Shown: piece by piece, positions 9,682 to 17,852 of the stretch
How positions within the stretch are numbered: position 1 is the first letter of the stretch
Layout of the letters: each line of letters starts with the position of its first letter
Assembly (NCBI RefSeq): GCF_000172995.2
Contig: NC_014736.1
Span: forward strand, 1-32,000
Direction: 5' to 3'
Length of the DNA: 32,000 bases
Origin: Halogeometricum borinquense DSM 11551
GTDB taxonomy: Archaea > Halobacteriota > Halobacteria > Halobacteriales > Haloferacaceae
Program-made: the position numbers and the translations under genes
The notes under the pieces: model-generated
Seen by the model: only the letters and a program-made list of their open reading frames with translations
What the model was told of the DNA's origin: nothing
Databases searched by the model: none

Positions 9682-11163
9682 TCAACCGTCCTCGTCCAGT
9701 GGGTAGAGCGGACGAGAGACGTGTTCGTAGTCGAATTGGGTGAGGTCAGGATGACACAGCCCCGGTGCTGCAACCTCACGGATAGCGCCAGCCATCGGCT
9801 CGAATGCGGCGCGGTAGTGGACCGTACTCTTGAGAACGAGAACGCGCTGGCGTTCGGGTGTGATGCCCATCCTTCGGAAGGCTTCGGGGTCGTAGGGTTG
9901 CTGGCGGTGCGAGCCAACGATGACATCGATGCCGTCGATCTCTAGGACTGCGGTGCGACCGAGGTTCACTCGGAGACCACGAGACATCGGTCCATAATTC
10001 CGGTACGAGCCGTCGGAAATGAGTCGAACCCTCCCCTCAACTGCGAGCGGGTCACCGTTGTCCTCGATGTGGCCGCCGAGATCGACGGCGACAGTGTTTC
10101 CAACGCCGGCCTCGACCGCAGCGGCAACGGCGTCAGGGTCAACGATGAGCGCGAGCGCGGCGTCTTCGATTCCTGCGTCGAGCAGTGATTCGAGGATGAA
10201 CGTCCCGTCCTCGGCGCTGCCGCCGCCGGGGTTGTCCGCGAGGTCGGCGAGCAGAAGTGGGCCGCCCTCGGTGTCGGCGTCCCAGTTGGCAGCCGCTTCG
10301 ACAGCATCACCGACGCTGGTGTAGTCGTGGTCGAACTCGTGGCGGCGCTCGTAGGCCGATTCGGCCAGCGCCTTGCAGGTCGCTCGCGTCTCTTCTGCGA
10401 CGTGCGTGTCGCTCACGCCGACGACCGAGAAACCGGCCTCTTCGACGTCGGCGTAGGCGAATCCACCGAAGACGGAGACGTCGGGTCGGAACTTCGCCTC
10501 GCTGGCGGCTGCCTGCTGGAGCAGCGATTCCATCGGCTCGATATCGGTCTGTAGCGGCGGGAGCGGCGGCAGGAGAGGGGCACGCTCGACGACAACCTGC
10601 GGGTCGAGGTCGCCCGAGAGCGTCGCGGCCATTGCCCGGGCTGCTGTTTCGCCCGTGTCGCCGATATCGACGTGTGGATAGGTATCGTAGCCGAACAGCC
10701 CGTCGGCGTGTTCGACCATCCGCTCGGAGATGTTCGCATGCAAGTCGAGACTGGCCATCACGGGGATGTCGCCCGCGGCCTCGCGGACGCGTTCGAGGAT
10801 GTAGCCATCACCGTCGGGGTGGTCCTCGCTGACCATCGCGCCGTGCAGCGCTAGCAGGACGGCGTCCGGTTCGGATTTCTCGATACCCGTGAGGACCTCA
10901 TCTAACAGGGAGGAGAGCGCATCTGCCGTGACGATGCCGCCCGGCGTCGCGTCGGCGGCGACGGTCGGGACAACGTTCCAGTTCTTTTCGTCGGCGACGC
11001 GGAGGAACCCGCCGATAGCGGTGTTGGAGCCGCGGAACTCCGGCGGAATCGTGTCACCGTAGTGTAGCGACGCGTCAGCGAACTGGTCGATTCCGGTCGG
11101 GAGCGACGAGAACGTGTTCGTCTCGTGTTCGATCTGCCCGAGAACGACGGTGGGGTCGCTCAT
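9682..11163 (-). CDS. MlrC-like / M81-family metallopeptidase (amidohydrolase)
   Basis: The N-terminal motif ...VVLGQIEHETNTFSS... is DUF1485/MlrC_N-like. The C-terminal motif ...VIVGSHRQQPYDPEAFRRMGITPERQRVLVLKSTVHYRAAFEP... is MlrC_C-like. The ATG overlaps the ALDH stop (ATGA). Confidence 0.75.
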   Translation of the reverse strand: MSDPTVVLGQIEHETNTFSSLPTGIDQFADASLHYGDTIPPEFRGSNTAIGGFLRVADEKNWNVVPTVAADATPGGIVTADALSSLLDEVLTGIEKSEPDAVLLALHGAMVSEDHPDGDGYILERVREAAGDIPVMASLDLHANISERMVEHADGLFGYDTYPHVDIGDTGETAARAMAATLSGDLDPQVVVERAPLLPPLPPLQTDIEPMESLLQQAAASEAKFRPDVSVFGGFAYADVEEAGFSVVGVSDTHVAEETRATCKALAESAYERRHEFDHDYTSVGDAVEAAANWDADTEGGPLLLADLADNPGGGSAEDGTFILESLLDAGIEDAALALIVDPDAVAAAVEAGVGNTVAVDLGGHIEDNGDPLAVEGRVRLISDGSYRNYGPMSRGLRVNLGRTAVLEIDGIDVIVGSHRQQPYDPEAFRRMGITPERQRVLVLKSTVHYRAAFEPMAGAIREVAAPGLCHPDLTQFDYEHVSRPLYPLDEDG

Positions 11164-12605
11164 CGGTAGCCTGCACCCATGTCACCGTGTTCGACTACCA
11201 CGCTATTGACCGTGGTGAACGCTTCCACGCCTTCGAGGCCGCCCTCGCGTCCGATTCCGGACCGCTTGTTGCCGCCCCACGGACTCTGGGGCATCGAGAC
11301 GGGGAAGGTGTTGACCGCAACCAGGCCGTGATCGAGTCGGTCGGCGTACCGGGTTGCGTCGAGGCTGCCGGTCCAGAGGCTGGCCGCCAGCGCGAAGTTC
11401 GAATCGTTGGCCAGTTCGATGGCCTCCTCGACGGAAGAAACTGTGATGACAGAGAGGACTGGACCGAAGATTTCCTCCTGTGCGATGCGCATGTCGTTGG
11501 TTACGTCGTCGAAGACAGTCGGTTCGAGGAAGTTTCCATCCGCGAGTTCGGGGTCGTCGGGACGCTTGCCACCGGTGAGAAGCGTCGCGCCCTCTTTCTT
11601 TCCCACCTCGATGTAGTTCAGCATGTCCTCTAGGGCATCCTCGGATATGACCGCACCCATGTCTGTTTCTGGGTCCGTTCCGGGACCGAGCGTGATTGCC
11701 TCAGCCTGTGCGACGATTTCATCGACGACCTCCTCTTTGATGTCCTCGTGGACGATGAGCCGAGATTGGGCGACGCAGTTCTGCCCGGTGTTCGAGAAGA
11801 TACCGGTGGCGACGCCGACGGCGGCGTTCTTCGGATCCGCATCCGGAAGGACGATTGCCGGCGCTTTCCCGCCGAGTTCGACGTCAACCGGGATGATATG
11901 CTTCGCGGCGGATTCCAGAACGTGCTGGCCGACCATCGTCGATCCCGTGAAGCTGATGGCGTCAACGTTGGCGTTGTCGGACAGCTCCCCGCCGACCTCG
12001 CTCCCCGGGCCTGAGAGGAGGTTCACGACGCCGTCGGGGAACTCCTCGACCAAGAACTCGCCGTACCACATCGTCGTGAGCGGGGCCTGACTCGGCGCTT
12101 TAGCCACGACAGTGTTGCCCGTTGCTAGTGCGGCGGCGATGGACCGCGAGCCTAAGAGGAGTGGGTAGTTCCACGGAACGATGTGGGCGGTGACTCCGTA
12201 GGGGACACGTTTTGTGTAGTTGAACCGGTTCGACGGGGTTGGGACCGTATCGCCGCGCACTTTGTCCGTGACGCCCGCGTAGAAGCGGAACTGCGCGACG
12301 GTTTCGGCCACTTCTCCTTCAGCAGTGGCGAGACACTTGCCGGTCTCTCGGCTCAGTAGCTCTGCGATTTCGTCGGCTTCGTCTTCGATCCGATCCGCGA
12401 CGGCGGCGAGCGGTGCCGACCGCTCACTGGGATCACTGTATCGCCACTCGCGTGCCGCCCGCTGAGCGGCCTCGATTGCGTCGGCCGTCTGCGCTGCCGT
12501 CCCGCTTGCGACCGTCCCAAGTACGTCGCCCGTCGCCGGGGCGTCTACCGACAAGCGCTCTTCGGTATCCACCGCTGCACCGTCTATCAGCAGTCCGTAG
12601 TCCAT
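11160..12605 (-). CDS. NAD(P)+-dependent aldehyde dehydrogenase
   Basis: ALDH motifs: catalytic Glu in ELGGKAP, catalytic Cys in GQNCVAQSR, and the C-terminal ...GGNKRSGIGREGG.... I trimmed the start to MDYGLLIDG (ATG at 12605). Confidence 0.9.
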   Translation of the reverse strand: MDYGLLIDGAAVDTEERLSVDAPATGDVLGTVASGTAAQTADAIEAAQRAAREWRYSDPSERSAPLAAVADRIEDEADEIAELLSRETGKCLATAEGEVAETVAQFRFYAGVTDKVRGDTVPTPSNRFNYTKRVPYGVTAHIVPWNYPLLLGSRSIAAALATGNTVVAKAPSQAPLTTMWYGEFLVEEFPDGVVNLLSGPGSEVGGELSDNANVDAISFTGSTMVGQHVLESAAKHIIPVDVELGGKAPAIVLPDADPKNAAVGVATGIFSNTGQNCVAQSRLIVHEDIKEEVVDEIVAQAEAITLGPGTDPETDMGAVISEDALEDMLNYIEVGKKEGATLLTGGKRPDDPELADGNFLEPTVFDDVTNDMRIAQEEIFGPVLSVITVSSVEEAIELANDSNFALAASLWTGSLDATRYADRLDHGLVAVNTFPVSMPQSPWGGNKRSGIGREGGLEGVEAFTTVNSVVVEHGDMGAGYR

Positions 12606-12732
12606 GCCAAACAACGACACGCCGTCGGCCCTAAGCCTTCTCTGGGTGATTTGGGAGTGTTTAAGTATTGACGACTGTCTCGGTCCCACAGTACAGTCAG
12701 TATCTGACTCCTCCACTCACCGTACTGGCTCA

Positions 12733-12797
12733 ATCTGACGTGACCGGGCCTGACCCGCTCTGACCCGATCTGATTTGACCCTGCCAGACTGACCGAC
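12733..12797. promoter_or_regulatory. Phased TGACC repeat array in the divergent ALDH / GS-like promoter region
   Basis: Four tandem 10-bp units start at 12741, 12751, 12761 and 12771: TGACCGGGCC, TGACCCGCTC, TGACCCGATC, TGATTTGACC. Further TGAC(C/G) copies occur at 12736, 12776 and 12790. An AT-rich stretch (12810-12836) follows. Confidence 0.4.
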
Positions 12798-12890
12798 TCG
12801 GCCACTCATAATGACAGATAATATCTCACATAAAAGCCGTCGCAAATCTACGGGCCAAGGGTTACTACCCGTGGAATGACTGTATGAGCT

Positions 12891-14222
12891 ATGATGGCTT
12901 CTACCAAGGAGTTCGACACCATCCGGCTGGTCTGGACCGACCTGAACGGCGTCGCTCGGGGCATCTCGATCCCGGCGTCAGAACTGGATAACGCGGCCGA
13001 AGAAGGCGTCGGGTTCGCAAACGGCGTCGCCGAACTCACGCTCGAACCTGGGCTGCTCGATGATCCAAAGTACGGCCCTCAGCACGGGGATATGATGGCT
13101 GTGGCCGACCTCGATTCGGTGACGCCGCTATCGTGGCACGAGAACATGGCCGCCGTCTTCACTGACCTGACCACGGTGGACGGCAAGCGGTTCGATCTCT
13201 GTCCCAGAAGCGCACTCAAGTCCGTCGTCGAAGATGTCCGCGACGCGGGCTTTGAACCCTTCGTCGGCGTCGAAACGGAGTTCTCGCTGCTCGCACCGGA
13301 CGACGACAACGGCTGGGTCCCGTTCAACTACCGCTGTTCGTACGATATGGACGCGCTCGACCAGAGCGCTGACCTGATGCACGCTTGGTCAGATGCGATG
13401 AACGCCGGCGGCTACAACGTTCTCGGTATCCATCAGGAGTCTCAGCCCGGCCAGTACGAGGTTAACATCGAGTACGACGACGCGGTTACGACCGCCGACG
13501 GGGTCATGTTCTTCCGGCATATGGTGAAGGCGCTCTCGCGGAACGAGGGGCTGAAGGCGACGATGATGCCCCGTCCCCACTCGGGCGAGGACGCTAACGG
13601 ACTACACTACCATCTCAGTCTCTGGGACGGTGACGAGAACTGCTTTGCAGGTGGCGATGACGCCGAAGACCTCCAGTTCCCGGCGGGCAAACACCCTCAC
13701 GGGGCTGGAATCTCAGACACGGCACGGTACTTCATGGGCGGCTTGCTCGAACACATGAAGGCCCTGACCGCGGTGTGCGCGCCGACAGTCAACTCCTACA
13801 AGCGACTCATTCCGGGTATCTGGGCACCGGTCAACATTGCTTGGGGACCGGACAACCGTTCGACCGTGTTGCGACTCCCGCCGGAACTCGGGCCGGCGAC
13901 CCGCATCGAACATCGAGTTACCGACAGTGCTGCCAACCCTTACCTCTCGATGGCCGCGACGCTCGCTGCCGGTCTCGACGGTATCGAAAACGAGATCGAT
14001 CCCGGAGAAGGGACGTTGTCGAATGCCTACGAAGAGGACTACGAGAACCTCCCGCGAACGCTACCGGGTGCGCTGGCACACCTTGAGAACGATGCCGTGT
14101 TGCGAGACGCGCTCGGCGAGGACCTCGTCTCCGAGTTCGTGAAGCTCAAGCGCGACGAGTTCGACCGCTACCAGAACCACGTCACCGACTGGGAGCGCGA
14201 GGAGTACCGCGACGAGTTCTGA
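12891..14222 (+). CDS. Glutamine-synthetase-family ATP-dependent ligase (candidate gamma-glutamyl-amine synthetase, PuuA/GlnA3/GlnA4-like)
   Basis: 443-aa ORF with GS catalytic-domain motifs ...GVETEFSLL..., ...NGLHYHLSLW..., ...NSYKRL..., ...WGPDNRSTVLR.... It is divergent from the ALDH-peptidase-ADH-ABC cluster. The subfamily call is an inference from context. Confidence 0.8.
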   Translation: MMASTKEFDTIRLVWTDLNGVARGISIPASELDNAAEEGVGFANGVAELTLEPGLLDDPKYGPQHGDMMAVADLDSVTPLSWHENMAAVFTDLTTVDGKRFDLCPRSALKSVVEDVRDAGFEPFVGVETEFSLLAPDDDNGWVPFNYRCSYDMDALDQSADLMHAWSDAMNAGGYNVLGIHQESQPGQYEVNIEYDDAVTTADGVMFFRHMVKALSRNEGLKATMMPRPHSGEDANGLHYHLSLWDGDENCFAGGDDAEDLQFPAGKHPHGAGISDTARYFMGGLLEHMKALTAVCAPTVNSYKRLIPGIWAPVNIAWGPDNRSTVLRLPPELGPATRIEHRVTDSAANPYLSMAATLAAGLDGIENEIDPGEGTLSNAYEEDYENLPRTLPGALAHLENDAVLRDALGEDLVSEFVKLKRDEFDRYQNHVTDWEREEYRDEF

Positions 14223-14427
14223 GAGCAACCGACCGGAGAGGGTGTCTCCTGATGGGATACACCGCCATCGGGCCGCGAGATATGGCTCTCCTCACCGTGT
14301 CTGCTGACAGTGCGGTTTGAACGAGATTCTGGCTGTTGAGTTGCTACTATCGCATCCCATCAATCGCGGTCTAACTTCTAAGCTCGAATCGTGGGGGCAG
14401 AAAGTTCCTATCATCAATTCTGACAAC

Positions 14428-14492
14428 TCTGTCTGTGGTAACTGTCTGTATCTTTTGTCTGTACTAACTAACTGTACTCTTTGTCTGTAACT
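14428..14492. repeat. Cluster of TGTCTGT(A/G) short direct repeats
   Basis: The sequence is ctcTGTCTGTggtaacTGTCTGTAtcttttGTCTGTActaactaactgtactctttGTCTGTAactac. That is four copies within about 65 nt, inside an AT-rich 594-nt spacer. Confidence 0.5.
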
Positions 14493-14816
14493 ACGTGTGT
14501 CCCGTTTAGATGGTTCTCAGCGTGATTTTCTACTCACTCATAGGTTCGTCTCTATTGTCTGATGGCCCATCTGACGGTTCACTCACACCGCATTATCCGC
14601 AACACTAAAATCATAACATATAGTTCATTAATGCGGTCGAACCCGTCCAGAACGAGGCCGGAAGGCAATGGTAGTCGGCAACGGCACAGGACGCGCCGGG
14701 GCCGGCTGGTTCCGGTCTACAGAACAAATCTCGGATTGAGTCGTCCAAATCTGTTGTTGAATTCCGTTTCTCGCCGGATAACTAACCGACAGTGGCCCGT
14801 TCGCCCATTCGGGGAT

Positions 14817-15080
14817 ATGAGACTCACACACCGACTCCGAACGACTGGCATCGTCCTGATAGCACTCACAATCGCTCTCGTTGCCTACAGCGGTGGCGTG
14901 GCTGCCCAGACCACTGACGGTGGACAGGTTGGCATTTGCGTTATCGGCGTTGACAGCCCGTGCAACGGTGACCAGTGGGATGGCAATGGATGGAGTGACG
15001 GAAACAACCTCCCGAGTCACGACGCACCGTCCAGTGATGTCGAAATACCCGGTGGCAATATCGGTTTCCTGCTGGGGTGA
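14817..15080 (+). CDS. Small secreted or membrane-anchored hypothetical protein (87 aa)
   Basis: MRLTHRLRTTGIVLIALTIALVAYSGGVAAQ... looks like a signal peptide or N-terminal TM segment. It is followed by a Gly/Asp/Asn-rich mature part. I trimmed the start from the 172-aa ORF, whose N-terminal extension is Arg-rich and non-acidic. Confidence 0.45.
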   Translation: MRLTHRLRTTGIVLIALTIALVAYSGGVAAQTTDGGQVGICVIGVDSPCNGDQWDGNGWSDGNNLPSHDAPSSDVEIPGGNIGFLLG

Positions 15081-15423
15081 CTCTCCATTCGGTTGAATTG
15101 CTGCCAATCGCACCCGAACGATCAGGAACCGCGCTCTAGACATCGTTGAGAAACGCTCTCAGTGTATCCCGGAACTGACCACGCGTATCGAGGAGCACGG
15201 ACACGCACGACGCCCCGATGCGCGTCCTTCGACGCCGTCACCCGCCGTCGCCGCTGTAGAGGGATCCGGCGACTGCCCAGCGACGAACTCACGACAGGAT
15301 ATGGCAGATTACCATCATACTAGCGGCAACTGCCACGATCACGAGTCCGTGTTTGCGTGGTCGATGCCAGATCTCTCACCAGAACTCATCGACGCCTTGA
15401 TCAGAAACGTAAACGAGACAATA

Positions 15424-17526
15424 TCACTCGCGTGTGAGAACGACGTTGTCGAGTCGGCTCTGATCGAGTCCAGTGCGATACTCACCTCGGATACGGAACT
15501 GTGTGAGGTCCGAAAGCACCGCACGGAACTCATCTTCGGTGGCGAACGGGTCTTGTGAGTCGATATTGATCCAGTCGTCGTCCGCCGAAAGCGACACTTC
15601 GAACGACGTCCAGTCGGTTTCGGGCTTGGAGTTGTCGCCACGGAATTCGTAGACGAGTGTCATCCCCGAACCGCTGAGAACGATGTCTCCTCCTACCGGA
15701 AGGGCAGCATCGAACTGCTGGTCCGTCTCTTCTTGGCGCAGATCGAAAGCGAGCGTGCCCCCATAGAATGCGTCTCGGGGACCGAGGAATTTGAACGGGG
15801 CTTGATAGTACCAGGTAACCCCGCCCTTGTCCTCGCTATCACCAATATGTCCACTGGGATTTCCGTCCTCGGAGTAGTATTCGGGAGTGTTGGAGCTCCC
15901 ATTTTGAGCGATTAGCCAGCCCTCCGCGTCGTCGTCGAAAGTACTCTCGATGCGTTCGGGAACGTCGCCGTCGGAGGCCGGTGTCGCCTTGATCGTCTTT
16001 GTGAACTGTTCGTCGCCGCTTTCGTCGTAGATGCCAATCGTAAGGGTGTCTCCCGACTCGTCAACGCTGACCGTCCCGAAGTTGAAGTATCCGCCTTTCG
16101 AAAAGAATGCTGTCGGATTGAGTGGCGAATAGAGTTCTTCCGGCGTACTCGGGTACGCACCAAGTGGGCCGGCGACAGCCTCGTAGAATTCAAACTCGCC
16201 GTCGTCATTGGGATCGAACCCACTGACCTGCGAGTAATGCACGTCGCCAGCGACGCTGACGACGTTGGCAATCTCCTCGGTATTGATATACGAGATCAGT
16301 TCCACCAGTTCTGCTTCGTATCCGGTCCGCTCTGTCGGTGTTGCCCACGTATCGGAGGGCTGGCCAAGGGGTGCTGGGGAGGCGATCACCTTCCATGTCG
16401 CGTCGGACGCCGACAGAGAGCTCTTCAACCATTCCAGTTGCTCACGACCGAGTAACGTTTTCTGTTTCAGTTCGAGATTGGGATCGCGGTACTGCCGCGT
16501 GTCCAGAACGAACAGTTCGAGATGGGCTCCCCAGCGGAACGAGCGGTACAATCGACTGGCTTCCGTCCCGGTCACCTGCTGGCTTTGGTCGATCGGCCAG
16601 TACTCTATGAAGGCCTGCCGACCGGACGGCATCAGCGGTTCGATAGAGCCCGCAAAGTTGTTCTGGACCTCGTGATCGTCCCAAATGCTGACGACCGAGG
16701 TTGCTGCAAGCAGGGAGCGAAGATACGTTTGCTCGGCGACTGACTCAGGCGGGACACGCATCTCCTTGTACTTTCCCCGGTAGATGTCGAGCGCATCCGC
16801 AAGTGATGTGTCCGAGGTAACCCGACCAGCCGGCGTCTTGGCGTCCGCATAGATGGTGTCACCGTGATAGAGGAAGAAGTCTGGTTGTCGCTCGGCAATC
16901 GTTTGGAGGCCCTCGAAGGGTGGGTCTACGGGAATGGGTCCATACCCCCACGTATCACCGCTCCAAGCGAACGTGACTGCCCCGTCGTCGGTTGCTTTGG
17001 GTGGGGTGACGAAGGTTCCCTCGACTGTCGAATCCGGCACAGAGGCCGTGTCGCCGTCGGACGTTACTGCTTCATTACTCTCGTCGCTCGTTCCGGCTGT
17101 CGCCCAGACGCGGTAATAGTACCGAGTCGCCGGCTGAAGTTCTGTTAGTCGAACGTGTCCGGTGTAATCTGTCGAGTCGGCAACCGTTGTGGTTTGTCGT
17201 TGGGTCGAGTCGAACTCGTCGTCAGTACTGTACTGCACTTGTAGTGTCGCCGTGTCGGCTGTTCGTGCCCACACGACAGCAGTCGTCGCGGTAACGTCAC
17301 CCGACGCGACGCCGTGGGTGAGCGGGATGGTTTGCGTGTTGTTCGGCGTCTCTCCATTCGACTCATCGTCGTCTGACTGTTCGCTACTTGCTTCATTACC
17401 ATCCGATTCAGCACTCACCGTGCCGGATAAGCCGGCGGCTGCAACTGTTGATGAGCCAACGGCTTGGAGAAAGGTACGGCGATTATGGTCCGATCCGTCT
17501 CTGTCGATGCTAGGGTCCTCAGCCAT
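15424..17526 (-). CDS. phoD: Tat-secreted PhoD-family alkaline phosphatase/phosphodiesterase with a C-terminal laminin-B-like domain
   Basis: Tat motif DHNRRTFLQAVGSSTVAAAG. The PhoD N-domain is ...THGVASGDVTATTAVVWART... and the metallophosphatase core is ...FLYHGDTIYAD...WDDHEVQNNF.... The C-terminal part, ...WYYQAPFKFLGPRDAFYGGTLAFDL...FRIRGEYRTGLDQSRLDNVVL, matches the laminin-B (domain IV) pattern. Confidence 0.85.
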   Translation of the reverse strand: MAEDPSIDRDGSDHNRRTFLQAVGSSTVAAAGLSGTVSAESDGNEASSEQSDDDESNGETPNNTQTIPLTHGVASGDVTATTAVVWARTADTATLQVQYSTDDEFDSTQRQTTTVADSTDYTGHVRLTELQPATRYYYRVWATAGTSDESNEAVTSDGDTASVPDSTVEGTFVTPPKATDDGAVTFAWSGDTWGYGPIPVDPPFEGLQTIAERQPDFFLYHGDTIYADAKTPAGRVTSDTSLADALDIYRGKYKEMRVPPESVAEQTYLRSLLAATSVVSIWDDHEVQNNFAGSIEPLMPSGRQAFIEYWPIDQSQQVTGTEASRLYRSFRWGAHLELFVLDTRQYRDPNLELKQKTLLGREQLEWLKSSLSASDATWKVIASPAPLGQPSDTWATPTERTGYEAELVELISYINTEEIANVVSVAGDVHYSQVSGFDPNDDGEFEFYEAVAGPLGAYPSTPEELYSPLNPTAFFSKGGYFNFGTVSVDESGDTLTIGIYDESGDEQFTKTIKATPASDGDVPERIESTFDDDAEGWLIAQNGSSNTPEYYSEDGNPSGHIGDSEDKGGVTWYYQAPFKFLGPRDAFYGGTLAFDLRQEETDQQFDAALPVGGDIVLSGSGMTLVYEFRGDNSKPETDWTSFEVSLSADDDWINIDSQDPFATEDEFRAVLSDLTQFRIRGEYRTGLDQSRLDNVVLTRE

Positions 17527-17816
17527 TGTGGCCTCGATACAGAAGGTCGCCGCAAGAGTTGTGTATTTTAATAATTTAACAATATGATTACATTTTCCGA
17601 TACGTTACCGCCATTCCAGTTCACTGAGAAGCAGACACATTGGGAGTGATCCCAAAACGGGTCGTGTAGTCTCACGGCTACGTGTCTACATCTCCGCGGG
17701 GGTGCAACGACAGTTAGCGATGATAGTTGCAGACACAGTGGGATAACAATCAGAGCATCTGGTCACGATTGGATACACTAGTCCTCAACTCTGTTCTCAA
17801 GTAGTGGAATGGAGGG

Positions 17817-17823
17817 TTTTATG
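17817..17823 (+). promoter_or_regulatory. TATA-like element upstream of the lipoprotein ORF
   Basis: ttttatg lies about 30-36 nt upstream of the ATG at 17853. This spacing is compatible with a leaderless or short-leader haloarchaeal transcript. Confidence 0.3.
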
Positions 17824-17852
17824 TCTGTAAAAACTGATTTCTAACTGTCAGA

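Noticed and set aside
10257-10832. 191-aa extremely Arg-rich plus-strand ORF inside the MlrC-like gene.
   Set aside because: It is a GC-driven shadow ORF (poly-R/P) and is not plausible as a protein.
12606-12716. N-terminal extensions of track ORFs: ALDH 12606-12716, ADH 9556-9639, PiT 23106-23369, USP 21342-21464, DUF7344 20446-20535, small secreted protein 14562-14816, DUF5694 29457-29552.
   Set aside because: The extensions are Arg/Cys-rich and non-acidic, and they precede an internal Met that begins the conserved family N-terminus or signal peptide. Starts were trimmed accordingly. The exact starts remain unverified.
14223-14223. One entry in the findings list, titled 'placeholder' (start 14223, end 16, interest 0), is an editing artefact.
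   Set aside because: It carries no claim and its coordinates are meaningless. Ignore it. The real observation for this region is the next finding (14223-14816).
15301-15558. 85-aa plus-strand ORF overlapping the 3' end of PhoD.
   Set aside because: It overlaps a confidently called CDS on the opposite strand and has no recognisable motif.
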